Virus record (IMG/VR): IMGVR_UViG_3300025084_003207
Span: 1-64,000 of that record
DNA length: 64,000 bases
Strand: one strand, 5' to 3'
Source: a virus
Below, in pieces: positions 19,226 through 28,507 of the stretch (position 1 is the stretch's first letter; every line of letters starts with the position of its first letter). A program made the translations under genes and the position numbers. A model generated the notes under the pieces. It was given only the letters and a program-made list of their open reading frames with translations. It made no database searches and was not told the origin of the DNA.

Positions 19226-19884
19226 ATAGTTGGAAAGAAGTAACTGAATACATTGACAATGGATTTTGGCAACCAACACCTAGTTACTTTGAACATATTG
19301 TTCAGCATAATACTTATTACCCTAACCACGCATTTAGTAAAGGACAATTAGCAAGTAAAAGTTGGTTACTAAAAGAATTACACCACACTTACCCTAAAAT
19401 ACCAAATCGAACTGTAGCAATTTTAGGTAGTTGGATTGGCGCTCTTGTAGAACCATTACATAAAAGTATTTCTATAGAACGCATTTATGGCATTGACACA
19501 GATGCTGAAGCAATAGAAAAGTCTGAAAAACTTAATAGACAATTTGTTCAAGACAGTTGGAAATACAAAGGTGTGGTACACGATGTAGATTTATTAGACT
19601 GTAGTGAAATGGAATTTCAAACAGGCGGCGAACTAATCAATGTAAAACCTGATTGGATTATAAATACCAGTTGCGAACACATGAGTACACTTTGGTATGA
19701 TAGTGTTGACAGCGATCAACTTATAATAATGCAAACAAATAATTCAGAAGAGTTTGAGGGGCATATAAACACTTGCGAAAGTGTTGAAGAAATGCAACTT
19801 AAATATCCACTATCAGAGACAAGATATGTAGGAGAGTTAATTACTCCTGCATATACTCGCTACATGCAAATAGGTTACAAATAG
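19207..19884 (+). CDS. class I SAM-dependent methyltransferase-like protein
   Basis: VAILGSWIG (motif I-like), IYGIDTD, IINTSCEHM. Confidence 0.65.
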   Translation: METIKLNSWKEVTEYIDNGFWQPTPSYFEHIVQHNTYYPNHAFSKGQLASKSWLLKELHHTYPKIPNRTVAILGSWIGALVEPLHKSISIERIYGIDTDAEAIEKSEKLNRQFVQDSWKYKGVVHDVDLLDCSEMEFQTGGELINVKPDWIINTSCEHMSTLWYDSVDSDQLIIMQTNNSEEFEGHINTCESVEEMQLKYPLSETRYVGELITPAYTRYMQIGYK

Positions 19885-19885
19885 G

Positions 19886-19914
19886 TTGACAAACGCCTTA
19901 AAATTTACTATAAT
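19886..19914 (+). promoter_or_regulatory. perfect sigma70 consensus promoter
   Basis: TTGACA (19886-19891) -17 bp- TATAAT (19909-19914); AGGAG SD downstream. Confidence 0.9.
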
Positions 19915-19948
19915 ATAAGAGTAATAAAAATTGTAGGAGATTTTATTA

Positions 19949-20128
19949 ATGTTTGAATTTTTCATTTTTTTACTTATAGGCACATTTCTATACTATGGCG
20001 GTTTAGAAGGTGTTATAGGTCTAATTAGTGGATTAATAAATTTAGTAATTAATATTGCTTTTTGGATTCCTGTAATTGTAGGAATACTGTTTTGTTACGG
20101 AATATACTGGATTACTTACGTTTACTAA
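19949..20128 (+). CDS. very hydrophobic 59-aa membrane protein (probably 2 TM)
   Basis: MFEFFIFLLIGTFLYYGGLEGVIGLISGLINLVINIAFWIPVIVGILFCYGIYWITYVY*; own promoter and SD; not in track. Confidence 0.75.
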   Translation: MFEFFIFLLIGTFLYYGGLEGVIGLISGLINLVINIAFWIPVIVGILFCYGIYWITYVY

Positions 20129-21547
20129 TTATCGTTGATTGTGTTTAGGGTCCGGCCTATTCCACCAACTCCAAAGTTCAGGATGTTCACTGTAAATATC
20201 ATTTATTGTTAAACGACCATCTTGCCCGTCCTTTCTAATTGATTGAATAATTTGCTGATACTTACGACCATTAAAGAATTGATCGTTTGCTGTGTCAGGC
20301 CATTGCTCTTGAAATGTAGGTGACTCTAGTAATCCTTCTAGTTCACGTATAAGTGTTTGTTGCTTTTCAGTTACTCTAGGTCTACAGTAATCCAATAAGT
20401 CATTTACTATTTCGTCAAGTATGTGCCTAGGCCATGCCATGGGTGATAATACTATATCGGCATGGAAGGCAAACATTCGTTTTGTTTCTATTTTAACATC
20501 TAGTTCTAGTGCATAATCTAAAAAGTTTTTAATATCAAATAGGCCTGGTCCGGTTATTGTTAAGTCCATTATCATTTTGTCATGGCCACCGGGTAGTGCA
20601 ACACCCTCTCTGAAGTTTCTATCCCACTCTTCCCAATTAAGTCCTGTCCTAATAAACTCGCCTATAGGTCCTGTGCCGTCTATACTTGCACACATTGTCC
20701 AATCTTTTGCTTGTGGTAACCAATCATATAAGTAGTAGTCCTTATATCTTACTCTACTAAGGTTACTGTTATATCTTAAATGAACTTTATGTAAATTATT
20801 ATCTGATTGCAGTCTATCCATTGACTTCCAATGTATATCATACATAAGTGGTTCGCCACCTACCCAGTATAATTCTTCAACCGTGCCTGATTTGATATAT
20901 TCCCAAAACTCTTCTTCAACTACTTCCTTTTGGAACTTTTCGATAATCTTCTTATTCTCGGGGACCATGAATGGTTGTTGTTCAGGAGTCCAAAGGTCGT
21001 GTTTTCTTTTTTCTGTTTCCCACGTTGAACTGAGTTGTTCGCCACACATACGGCATTTAAAATTGCATAAATTACTATACCTATAATCAAAAGAGATAGG
21101 TTCCATTGTAGTATATCCATTTTCGTCTGTCTCCTCAAAACATTGATCTATTTTGTCGTTAAATAAAAATCCTGTAAACCATTGACGATATGTACTGTTA
21201 CTTAATAAACTGTCATTGCACACATCACATTGTGGTATCTTTTCGCCTGCCATAAGTTTCTTTCTTATGTCCATCATGTAAGGCGAGTTCCAATGTTCTT
21301 TTAAACTTACAGGCTTATAGTCAGCAATAGTACCTGACTCTTTTACTTCTCCATACTTTTCATCATTACTTGCATCTATGTACTGCTTTTGAAATTGGTG
21401 CTCTTCTCTACTAGCACAACACATACGCCTTTCGCTTTGTGGACTAATATAAGTATGTGTCCATGGAGCAGTACAGAAAACTTTATTAGGAGAGTCTGGA
21501 TGTACGGAACCATGTTCCCAAATTGGTTTTATCTTACTCATATTCAA
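20129..21547 (-). CDS. radical SAM enzyme with N-terminal twitch/SPASM-type domain
   Basis: CNFKCRMC, GGEP, YNSNL, ASIDG; N-terminal CTAPW...RMCC...CDVC. Confidence 0.9.
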   Translation of the reverse strand: MNMSKIKPIWEHGSVHPDSPNKVFCTAPWTHTYISPQSERRMCCASREEHQFQKQYIDASNDEKYGEVKESGTIADYKPVSLKEHWNSPYMMDIRKKLMAGEKIPQCDVCNDSLLSNSTYRQWFTGFLFNDKIDQCFEETDENGYTTMEPISFDYRYSNLCNFKCRMCGEQLSSTWETEKRKHDLWTPEQQPFMVPENKKIIEKFQKEVVEEEFWEYIKSGTVEELYWVGGEPLMYDIHWKSMDRLQSDNNLHKVHLRYNSNLSRVRYKDYYLYDWLPQAKDWTMCASIDGTGPIGEFIRTGLNWEEWDRNFREGVALPGGHDKMIMDLTITGPGLFDIKNFLDYALELDVKIETKRMFAFHADIVLSPMAWPRHILDEIVNDLLDYCRPRVTEKQQTLIRELEGLLESPTFQEQWPDTANDQFFNGRKYQQIIQSIRKDGQDGRLTINDIYSEHPELWSWWNRPDPKHNQR

Positions 21548-22172
21548 ATCCTATATGTATTGTGTCTCTATGTTTTTCTGTTGGAAAGTTAATTCTGTGT
21601 AATTGTCTTGCTCTAAATATTACAGCAGTACCAGAAGTGCCATTATAAAACTTACCAGGTATATCGCTTACACAGGAATATTTATTTTTTATTTCACTAT
21701 ATGAGTCATCGTTAATGTATGTTAAATCTTCTTCCATACATACAGCACCGTTACTTTCGTTTACATCATTTAAATAAATTATCATTTTGATTCTATTATC
21801 TGGTTGGTAAGTATCGGCATGCCAAAATAATGACGGCCAACCACCTGACAAAAGTTCTTTGTGTTTATTTTTGTCAAATTCAACATCTGGTATTCTTGAG
21901 TTCCACAAATAAGCATTTCCCATTTCTCCTATAGGATACATTCTTTCTATTCTAAATTCTATTATGTCTCTTCCTACCCAATCTAAGACATGCTTGTATT
22001 CTTCTGTTTTTTTTATTTGGCCATTATCGCTTATAAGATCTATTGCTGGTTGATCATCATGAGAAAGTTCTGTGACTAATTGAAATTTATGATATAATTT
22101 ATATAATTGCATAAGTGTAAATGCAGGTACTTCAGTAACTAAAATTTCTCCTTTTGCTGGTATATCTATCAT
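21534..22172 (-). CDS. 2OG-Fe(II) oxygenase (PhyH-like)
   Basis: WHADT, IIYLNDV...NGA, GTAVIF...LHR...R. Confidence 0.7.
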   Translation of the reverse strand: MIDIPAKGEILVTEVPAFTLMQLYKLYHKFQLVTELSHDDQPAIDLISDNGQIKKTEEYKHVLDWVGRDIIEFRIERMYPIGEMGNAYLWNSRIPDVEFDKNKHKELLSGGWPSLFWHADTYQPDNRIKMIIYLNDVNESNGAVCMEEDLTYINDDSYSEIKNKYSCVSDIPGKFYNGTSGTAVIFRARQLHRINFPTEKHRDTIHIGFEYE

Positions 22173-22834
22173 AATAAATCTTTTAATGGTACAACTATAT
22201 TTTCAACTTTACCACCACGTTCGTTGCAGTTATCTTTTGATTCTTCTAGCACTTGTTCGTATGTACTGATATTATATCCTGTACTTATACGCATAGCATC
22301 TTGTGGGTTAGGTGTTGCCCAGTGTAATAAATGTGCCGGCATAAATGTAAAATGACCGTCAAAATTATCTAACCCTACTACTTCATTAATGTCCTTGTCA
22401 GGTTGATAATATGTAGTAGTGCCTGTATCTTTGATTACATAGTATCCGTGCCAAACACCATAATGTTTATGTGCAATAATCTGCTGACCTTTGGGCCAAA
22501 CATTAATCCAACTTTTAAAATAATACTTTTCATAGTCAGTATCACCTACCATTTCCAAACATTCTTTTATGTACGGAAATAAAAATTTTAATTGAGGGAA
22601 TACCTCTATACAAGTATATTCATGATAACTTGCCCAGTCAAAACTTGGATAGTTATAATCTAATTCACTTGTGGTATCTGCATGTGGATATATTTCAAAA
22701 CGTCTGGCTACAATGTCTTGATAAATTTCACGCAAATCACTAGGAATGATTTTACCATCTATTAAAACTTCGTTACCTATTGATTTTTTATCAAGTTGGT
22801 AATCTACAGTTCTATTGTCCGCCAAGTCCGTCAT
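22169..22834 (-). CDS. 2OG-Fe(II) oxygenase (HxH type)
   Basis: SWINVWPKG...AHKH...GYYVI, FMPAHLLHWATPN...RISTGYN. Confidence 0.7.
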   Translation of the reverse strand: MTDLADNRTVDYQLDKKSIGNEVLIDGKIIPSDLREIYQDIVARRFEIYPHADTTSELDYNYPSFDWASYHEYTCIEVFPQLKFLFPYIKECLEMVGDTDYEKYYFKSWINVWPKGQQIIAHKHYGVWHGYYVIKDTGTTTYYQPDKDINEVVGLDNFDGHFTFMPAHLLHWATPNPQDAMRISTGYNISTYEQVLEESKDNCNERGGKVENIVVPLKDLL

Positions 22835-24482
22835 TGTCTGTGTCCCAACCTATACTACTACCTGCTTTCTTTTTAAAGTCAGGTTCATCAGCATACTTGT
22901 CATCATCGTAATCGTCTTGACTTTCTCCTGTTTTGCGTCTATCTTTTCTATCACGTACTTCTATTACTTGTACTACACCGTCTTCGTCAACTTCTCTGTG
23001 TGCGTATATTTCTACAGCACGATCACCTTTAGGCTTTTGTATGTCTTCCTCTTCTACATCTAGTGGTATTACTTCTAAACTATCATACCATTCTACTAAA
23101 TTAGGAAATGTTTTTCTAAAGTCTTTGCCTCTTCTTTGATCATACTGTTCATAAAATACTCTAAAGTCATGCTCTAGTTTATCTCTATCAGCAGTATTTC
23201 TGTGTGGTGTTTTAACAACGTCTAAATATTCTATTAGTCTGCTTAATTGATCTGCTTCCCAGTCTTGAACTAATGCTCTGCCTGTACCATCTAATTCTTG
23301 TTTTTCTTGCACTTTTCTATGCCATGCTAATAATTGATCGTGGTACTTGGTTCTTAAATGATCTGGTAATGTTAATGCACTTTGGAAACTAGGAAAACGT
23401 AATATGTTTACACTGAAACTAGGTTTGTTATGTCCAAACTCTCTTTTGAGTTCTAGCATCCAATCTAAAAATTCTACCATGCTGTCTAAACATAAAGCAT
23501 TTATAGTCATCATCATATGGAAGCCTTCTATCTTACCATCTCTTAAAAGTTTAACACAATTTTGTCTGAATTGATTAAATTCTAAACCGTCTCTAATGTA
23601 TTCTCCTTGAGCACCAAACGCCTCTCCACTTGTATATAAATGGAATCTTTCAACATGTTGAGTTGCTTCTGCAAGTTTTGTTATTAGTGTATCCTTTGCA
23701 CCTAAGTTACTGTTAATTGCATAACGCATTTTCTTTGCATTAGGATGGCTTTCTGCATTTTCTTTGAACCAATCAAATAGTCCCCAAACACTAGCACTCA
23801 TTGTAGGCTCGCCGCCTGTAATTCTTAATTCGTCTAATTCTAAACTTAGTTCAGGCCACCAGTCCCAAAATGCTTTCACATATGGATTTTCATCTCCTTT
23901 TTCAAAAGGGTCGGCATACGGAGCATCATCAATAAAGTGTCCTCTAGCATCACTTCTGATATTAGAGTAACCGCCATTTGTTCTAATGTCTTTTACCCAT
24001 GTTGTACTAAATGCTGGATTGCAATAACTACATGCAAACTGACATGTTCTATCAAATGCGATTTCTAAAGTTTTTAAGTTTACATCGTCTGCTGGGTCCA
24101 TGTTTGCAATTCGTTGCAATTCTGCATCACTATAGATATGTGTTTTAAAAGTTCTATCACTGACAGGTCTACTGCCGTCAGCATCTTTTTCCATATCTTC
24201 AATCTTCCAGCAATACTCACATTCTTTAGGTCTTGTGCCTTCTAACATCATTTGACGCATTTTCTTTTTGTGCCTGGTATTATGAATAGCACTTGGATTA
24301 GTTTTTATTTCTTCTTTATCAATGTTATGTGCAGGAGGATGGTGACAACTTGCTGTGCCTCCGTGTCCTAGCCAAATAGTTGCATTGTACCATTTAGCAC
24401 CACAAAACGAATCTGATATCGGGTCAATTACTCTTCTTCTATAGTCATCAAATGATTCATTCGGTTGTCTACCTTTACTCAT
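22812..24482 (-). CDS. radical SAM enzyme with N-terminal twitch-type domain and charged C-terminal extension
   Basis: CQFACSYC, TGGEP, NSNLG; N-terminal CGAKW...SCHHP...CEYCW. Confidence 0.9.
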   Translation of the reverse strand: MSKGRQPNESFDDYRRRVIDPISDSFCGAKWYNATIWLGHGGTASCHHPPAHNIDKEEIKTNPSAIHNTRHKKKMRQMMLEGTRPKECEYCWKIEDMEKDADGSRPVSDRTFKTHIYSDAELQRIANMDPADDVNLKTLEIAFDRTCQFACSYCNPAFSTTWVKDIRTNGGYSNIRSDARGHFIDDAPYADPFEKGDENPYVKAFWDWWPELSLELDELRITGGEPTMSASVWGLFDWFKENAESHPNAKKMRYAINSNLGAKDTLITKLAEATQHVERFHLYTSGEAFGAQGEYIRDGLEFNQFRQNCVKLLRDGKIEGFHMMMTINALCLDSMVEFLDWMLELKREFGHNKPSFSVNILRFPSFQSALTLPDHLRTKYHDQLLAWHRKVQEKQELDGTGRALVQDWEADQLSRLIEYLDVVKTPHRNTADRDKLEHDFRVFYEQYDQRRGKDFRKTFPNLVEWYDSLEVIPLDVEEEDIQKPKGDRAVEIYAHREVDEDGVVQVIEVRDRKDRRKTGESQDDYDDDKYADEPDFKKKAGSSIGWDTDNDGLGGQ

Positions 24483-24492
24483 CTTTTCTCCT

Positions 24493-26025
24493 TTATAGCA
24501 ATGCGTCTGCTTCTTTACAAATATTCCACCAGTCTTCCATTTCAGAAAATGTTGCTAAGAAATCTGTGTTTCTTCTAGTGTCGTGTTGCGTAAAGAATTT
24601 GTAAAAATTTGCTCTTGCTTTTGTTAGTTCTTCTTGTGACATTTTACGGCCTTCTTTCATCCAGGCCAAATTACGTCTTACTTTGTCTATTTCAAAATCT
24701 TTAAAACCTCTATAGTCTATATTTACTTCATCTGCTTGATTTAACTCCATAAAAGCAATACATTCTTCTAAATAGTCTTCATAATGCTGTGGCATTACTT
24801 GTATGCATTGCCATAATGGTGCTCTTAATAACGGTATATCAAACCATATTCTCTGCTTAGGTCTTATTTCATAATCACAATGTTTATGTCCGCCGTTGTC
24901 TGGTACAGGAATATATTTTGTTCCTTGTACATCTTTGGCATATTGATCTCTAAGTTCTAAAATCCATTGTAAATAATCTTTTAGACTTGTCATACTAAGC
25001 GAATTGAATGTATTAATAAAAGTAATAGTTGTATTATCTGTTTCACTTAATATTCGCTGTACGTTGTCTTGTAGCATTTTAAAGTCCATACCGTTACGCA
25101 TATATTCTGCTTGTGGACCAAATCCATCGACACTTACAAATACTGCGAAGTTCTTACATGCTGGTGCTACATACCAGTTATTCCCTGAGTTTGGATTAAA
25201 CTTTTCCGGGTCCTCCCATATTTGTATCTCTTCTAATTTCTGTAGCGATTCGATGAACTTGTCCATTAACACCGGCTTAGGTGGACACATATTCGATGTT
25301 ACACTCATTTCAAGCCAAGCATTTGGATTAGTATATACATAGTCTAATACTTTAAATGTATTACTATCCATTAATGGTTCGCCCCCTGTCATACGAAAAA
25401 CTTCTAAGTTTTTATATAACTCAGGCCACCATTTCCAAAATGCAGTAACGTATGGATTGTCTGCTTGTGACAGTTTAGGTGGCATCAATCCACCTCTGTC
25501 TAAACTTTCTATATTATTATGTTCCCCATCTACAATTTGATAAGGTCCATGTTCTTTTATTTCTTTTTCCCAACTATTTGATAAATGAGGTGAACAGTAA
25601 CTACATTTTAAATTACATGCTTGATTAAAGTTTACTTCTACATAACGTGGATTGATGTTTCCGTCAGCACCTGCTTCTGCTATTTCTTCTCTGGCATTTT
25701 GTGCCCAGTACTCTCCACTTCGATATACTCTATCACTTCTTCCACCTACATCTTCTATACGCCAACAGTAACTACACCCTTCTGGTCGCTCACCTGCTAA
25801 CATCATTCTTCGTTGTTCTTTCTTTTCTTTTGTATTATGTAATGCCGAAGGATTAGTTTCTAACTCTTTTAAATCTATTTTGTGTGTTGGTGGATGATAG
25901 CAACTGTGAGTCATGCCGTTAGTAAGGTGCATAGAAACCTGTGTCCACTTTGCGTAACACATTGTTTCGCTTATGGCATCTAATTGTTCCTTTGCCTTAT
26001 CTGCGGCCTGATCATAATTGCTCAT
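24493..26025 (-). CDS. radical SAM enzyme with N-terminal twitch-type domain
   Basis: CNLKCSYC, TGGEP, VSVDG; N-terminal CYAKW...SCYHP...CSYCW. Start moved from 26094 to ATG 26025 (TAATG coupling). Confidence 0.9.
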   Translation of the reverse strand: MSNYDQAADKAKEQLDAISETMCYAKWTQVSMHLTNGMTHSCYHPPTHKIDLKELETNPSALHNTKEKKEQRRMMLAGERPEGCSYCWRIEDVGGRSDRVYRSGEYWAQNAREEIAEAGADGNINPRYVEVNFNQACNLKCSYCSPHLSNSWEKEIKEHGPYQIVDGEHNNIESLDRGGLMPPKLSQADNPYVTAFWKWWPELYKNLEVFRMTGGEPLMDSNTFKVLDYVYTNPNAWLEMSVTSNMCPPKPVLMDKFIESLQKLEEIQIWEDPEKFNPNSGNNWYVAPACKNFAVFVSVDGFGPQAEYMRNGMDFKMLQDNVQRILSETDNTTITFINTFNSLSMTSLKDYLQWILELRDQYAKDVQGTKYIPVPDNGGHKHCDYEIRPKQRIWFDIPLLRAPLWQCIQVMPQHYEDYLEECIAFMELNQADEVNIDYRGFKDFEIDKVRRNLAWMKEGRKMSQEELTKARANFYKFFTQHDTRRNTDFLATFSEMEDWWNICKEADALL

Positions 26026-26990
26026 TAAGTATTGCCTATTAATCCTTTTTCTAATAGGTCTTGTATTTGTCTTTCGGTAATCATTGCACCCCATCTTTTA
26101 GGGTTTACAAACGTTGCTTTAAAGAATTTACTCATCTGGTCGTTAGGTTCAAACAGCATCATGCCTTGCACTTCTTCATTAATTTCTTCGCCTAACTCAT
26201 TAACAAGTTGTTTTAGATGTTCATCACTTTCTATATTGTTTTTTGTTTCTTCGAAAAAGCCTTTAAACCAATCATAATCTGATATTTGATTAGTGTCCCA
26301 ATCACTTAATACTGTCTTCTGACAACCTAGTCTTGCTCCGTATATTGCCCACCAACCATTTTCTACATCTGTTCCTATATTACACCAAACATTTAATCTG
26401 TTAAAGTTACCATACCATATTTTATCTTGAAATATATGAGGTGCTACTCGTGTGCCTTGATCTAAACTTAGTTTAACACCTTCACGGAATCCTGCTCTAA
26501 AGGCTTGGAAAGGACTAGCAGTTTGATGTACTTCTGAAAAGATATCATTCATTTGTATGTAATTAAGTTTCCAACAAAATTCCATACCCTCACCGTCTGT
26601 TGCGGCTTCATGTGTGTTGATACCTAGTGTGTATTCTTTAGGCCAGCATTTAAGTCCACCGTTGCCATATACTAAACCATTCAATAAGTTCTTAGCATTC
26701 CAACTGAATATACTTTCTGATATATCATTGCCGTCATGATCTTTTTCTGGGAACTCTAATTCTTGATTAAAAAATTCATCCATTACAATATTGTCACCAT
26801 CAACGGTGATAAAGCGATCTGTTTCGCTTTGTTCTGCACATGCCTTATGAGCGGCATCAAATCCTTTGACTCCATGTACACGTTTTGCCCATGGAACTTT
26901 GTTTAGTAAGTCTGCCCAGTTTTCTTCGCAGTTGGGTTCATCGTATGAAATATAAAATATGTCTAATTCTGTGACGTCTATTTTTGCCAT
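26025..26990 (-). CDS. GT-A (GT2-like) glycosyltransferase-fold protein, single-domain paralog of 15890-19225
   Basis: DIFYISYDEP, VHGVKGFDAAHKACA, FITVDGDN (DxD), YGNGGLKCWP, AFRAGFREGVKL. Confidence 0.65.
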   Translation of the reverse strand: MAKIDVTELDIFYISYDEPNCEENWADLLNKVPWAKRVHGVKGFDAAHKACAEQSETDRFITVDGDNIVMDEFFNQELEFPEKDHDGNDISESIFSWNAKNLLNGLVYGNGGLKCWPKEYTLGINTHEAATDGEGMEFCWKLNYIQMNDIFSEVHQTASPFQAFRAGFREGVKLSLDQGTRVAPHIFQDKIWYGNFNRLNVWCNIGTDVENGWWAIYGARLGCQKTVLSDWDTNQISDYDWFKGFFEETKNNIESDEHLKQLVNELGEEINEEVQGMMLFEPNDQMSKFFKATFVNPKRWGAMITERQIQDLLEKGLIGNT

Positions 26991-27014
26991 ATGTGTGTCC
27001 TAATAATATACACA

Positions 27015-27022
27015 TATTTATC
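27015..27022 (-). promoter_or_regulatory. late-type promoter GATAAATA
   Basis: Intergenic, 24 nt before ATG 26990; AGGA SD. Confidence 0.65.
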
Positions 27023-27039
27023 TTGATTTTGTGTAGGTA

Positions 27040-27657
27040 CTATGTGACTCTGATATACTTGTCAAATAGTTTTCTAGTGTAGATGCTTTTGTTTGTTGAG
27101 TCAACATTAAGTGTAAACTCTAACTTGTCTGCTTTAAATAAATCTTTTAATGATAATTCTATACTATCATATAGAAAATGGGGGTCATTTAAACTTGTAA
27201 TATAGATTGCCATTCTTTCTTCTCCTTTAAAAGAGAAATTGTCTACATTAACATTTTTTACTACATTTGATTTTAACTTGTCACTGATATTAATAGATAA
27301 TTTATTTTTTTCTGTGAATATTTTAATATCGTATTCTGCTTTATTTGATGGACGTATTTGTGATAACATTTTAGTTGCAGACTTAAATTTTTCTAATTCT
27401 ATAACTTTAGTTACAAATGAGTATACTCCTTCTTCGTTAGGATTAGTCAAAACCAAAAAGTCGTTAGTAGTTTTTTGATTTTTAGGATCTTCAAAAATTA
27501 AACATTGCTCGTATGTAAATGTTGCATGATGATATTCTGCATAGTCATCTGATTCTGCTCTACCGTAGTAAACTATATTACCAATGTCATCAAAATACAC
27601 ATGACGATTACTTTGCCTTTGTGCCTTTCTAGCCTTTTCTAAGTCCGCTAACTTCAT
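27040..27657 (-). CDS. hypothetical protein (205 aa)
   Basis: ORF track; in operon with glycosyltransferases; no motif recognised. Confidence 0.75.
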   Translation of the reverse strand: MKLADLEKARKAQRQSNRHVYFDDIGNIVYYGRAESDDYAEYHHATFTYEQCLIFEDPKNQKTTNDFLVLTNPNEEGVYSFVTKVIELEKFKSATKMLSQIRPSNKAEYDIKIFTEKNKLSINISDKLKSNVVKNVNVDNFSFKGEERMAIYITSLNDPHFLYDSIELSLKDLFKADKLEFTLNVDSTNKSIYTRKLFDKYIRVT

Positions 27658-28507
27658 TTTCTAATGTCTCTATAATATCGTTACTCAGCCATTCCTTGTC
27701 AACATAATGAAAAGGATAATACTGTTGAAAATTTCCTACCTTAAAGTTTGACACACTACTAAAGTATGTTGGTATACTTAGTGTCCATCGTTCATCTAAT
27801 AATGAACCACCTGGCACATCTTGTATAAAACTTTTCATATGTGTGAATGTAGGTATTTCTGTTAAATCGTCTACAGTTGTTTCGCTTTCTAATCCTAACA
27901 ACTGTATTGCTAATGCATATACAACGTCTGCACTAAGTTTATTTGGTTTACCGTTTGGCATATATTTAAAATAAAAACGTTGCCAATTTTCAAATATCAA
28001 CTGTATCATTTTAAACAGTTCACTTGCTGTATCTGATTTTTTAAAATAAAAGAATGCAGTATAAATGTTTGGCATATTATTTTTAATAAAATATTCTCTG
28101 TAATATTTACTGCTAGGATCTGCTGGTTCGCCCCTATACGTTTTAATATTTGTTGTTGCCCATACGTCTTTCTGCGATAAGGTGTCCCACCAATGACTTA
28201 CGTCTGTTGGAAATATCATATCAGCATCTAGTATAACTGTTTCATCATATGGCGTCATATAATAGTATTTCCATTTGTTATCTATTTTCCAATCTGAATC
28301 TACTGCATCGTCCTTCCATGGTATTTCTATTACTTTGTCAAATACTTTTTTGTATTTTTCAGGTACTGTACTTTTGTCTTCAACACATACTGCCAAGTTA
28401 CTTACTTTTGATTGCGTAATTTTTAAACTTAATGCTAGAGCATAAGCCATTTTTAGATAGTTAGTATCTTCAGAATTTTGTGCAATAACAATATACCCCT
28501 TAGACAT
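27629..28507 (-). CDS. GT-A glycosyltransferase (GT8-like)
   Basis: YLKMAYALALSLK, PYDETVILDADMIF (DxD), FTHMK, HYVDK. Confidence 0.7.
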   Translation of the reverse strand: MSKGYIVIAQNSEDTNYLKMAYALALSLKITQSKVSNLAVCVEDKSTVPEKYKKVFDKVIEIPWKDDAVDSDWKIDNKWKYYYMTPYDETVILDADMIFPTDVSHWWDTLSQKDVWATTNIKTYRGEPADPSSKYYREYFIKNNMPNIYTAFFYFKKSDTASELFKMIQLIFENWQRFYFKYMPNGKPNKLSADVVYALAIQLLGLESETTVDDLTEIPTFTHMKSFIQDVPGGSLLDERWTLSIPTYFSSVSNFKVGNFQQYYPFHYVDKEWLSNDIIETLENEVSGLRKG

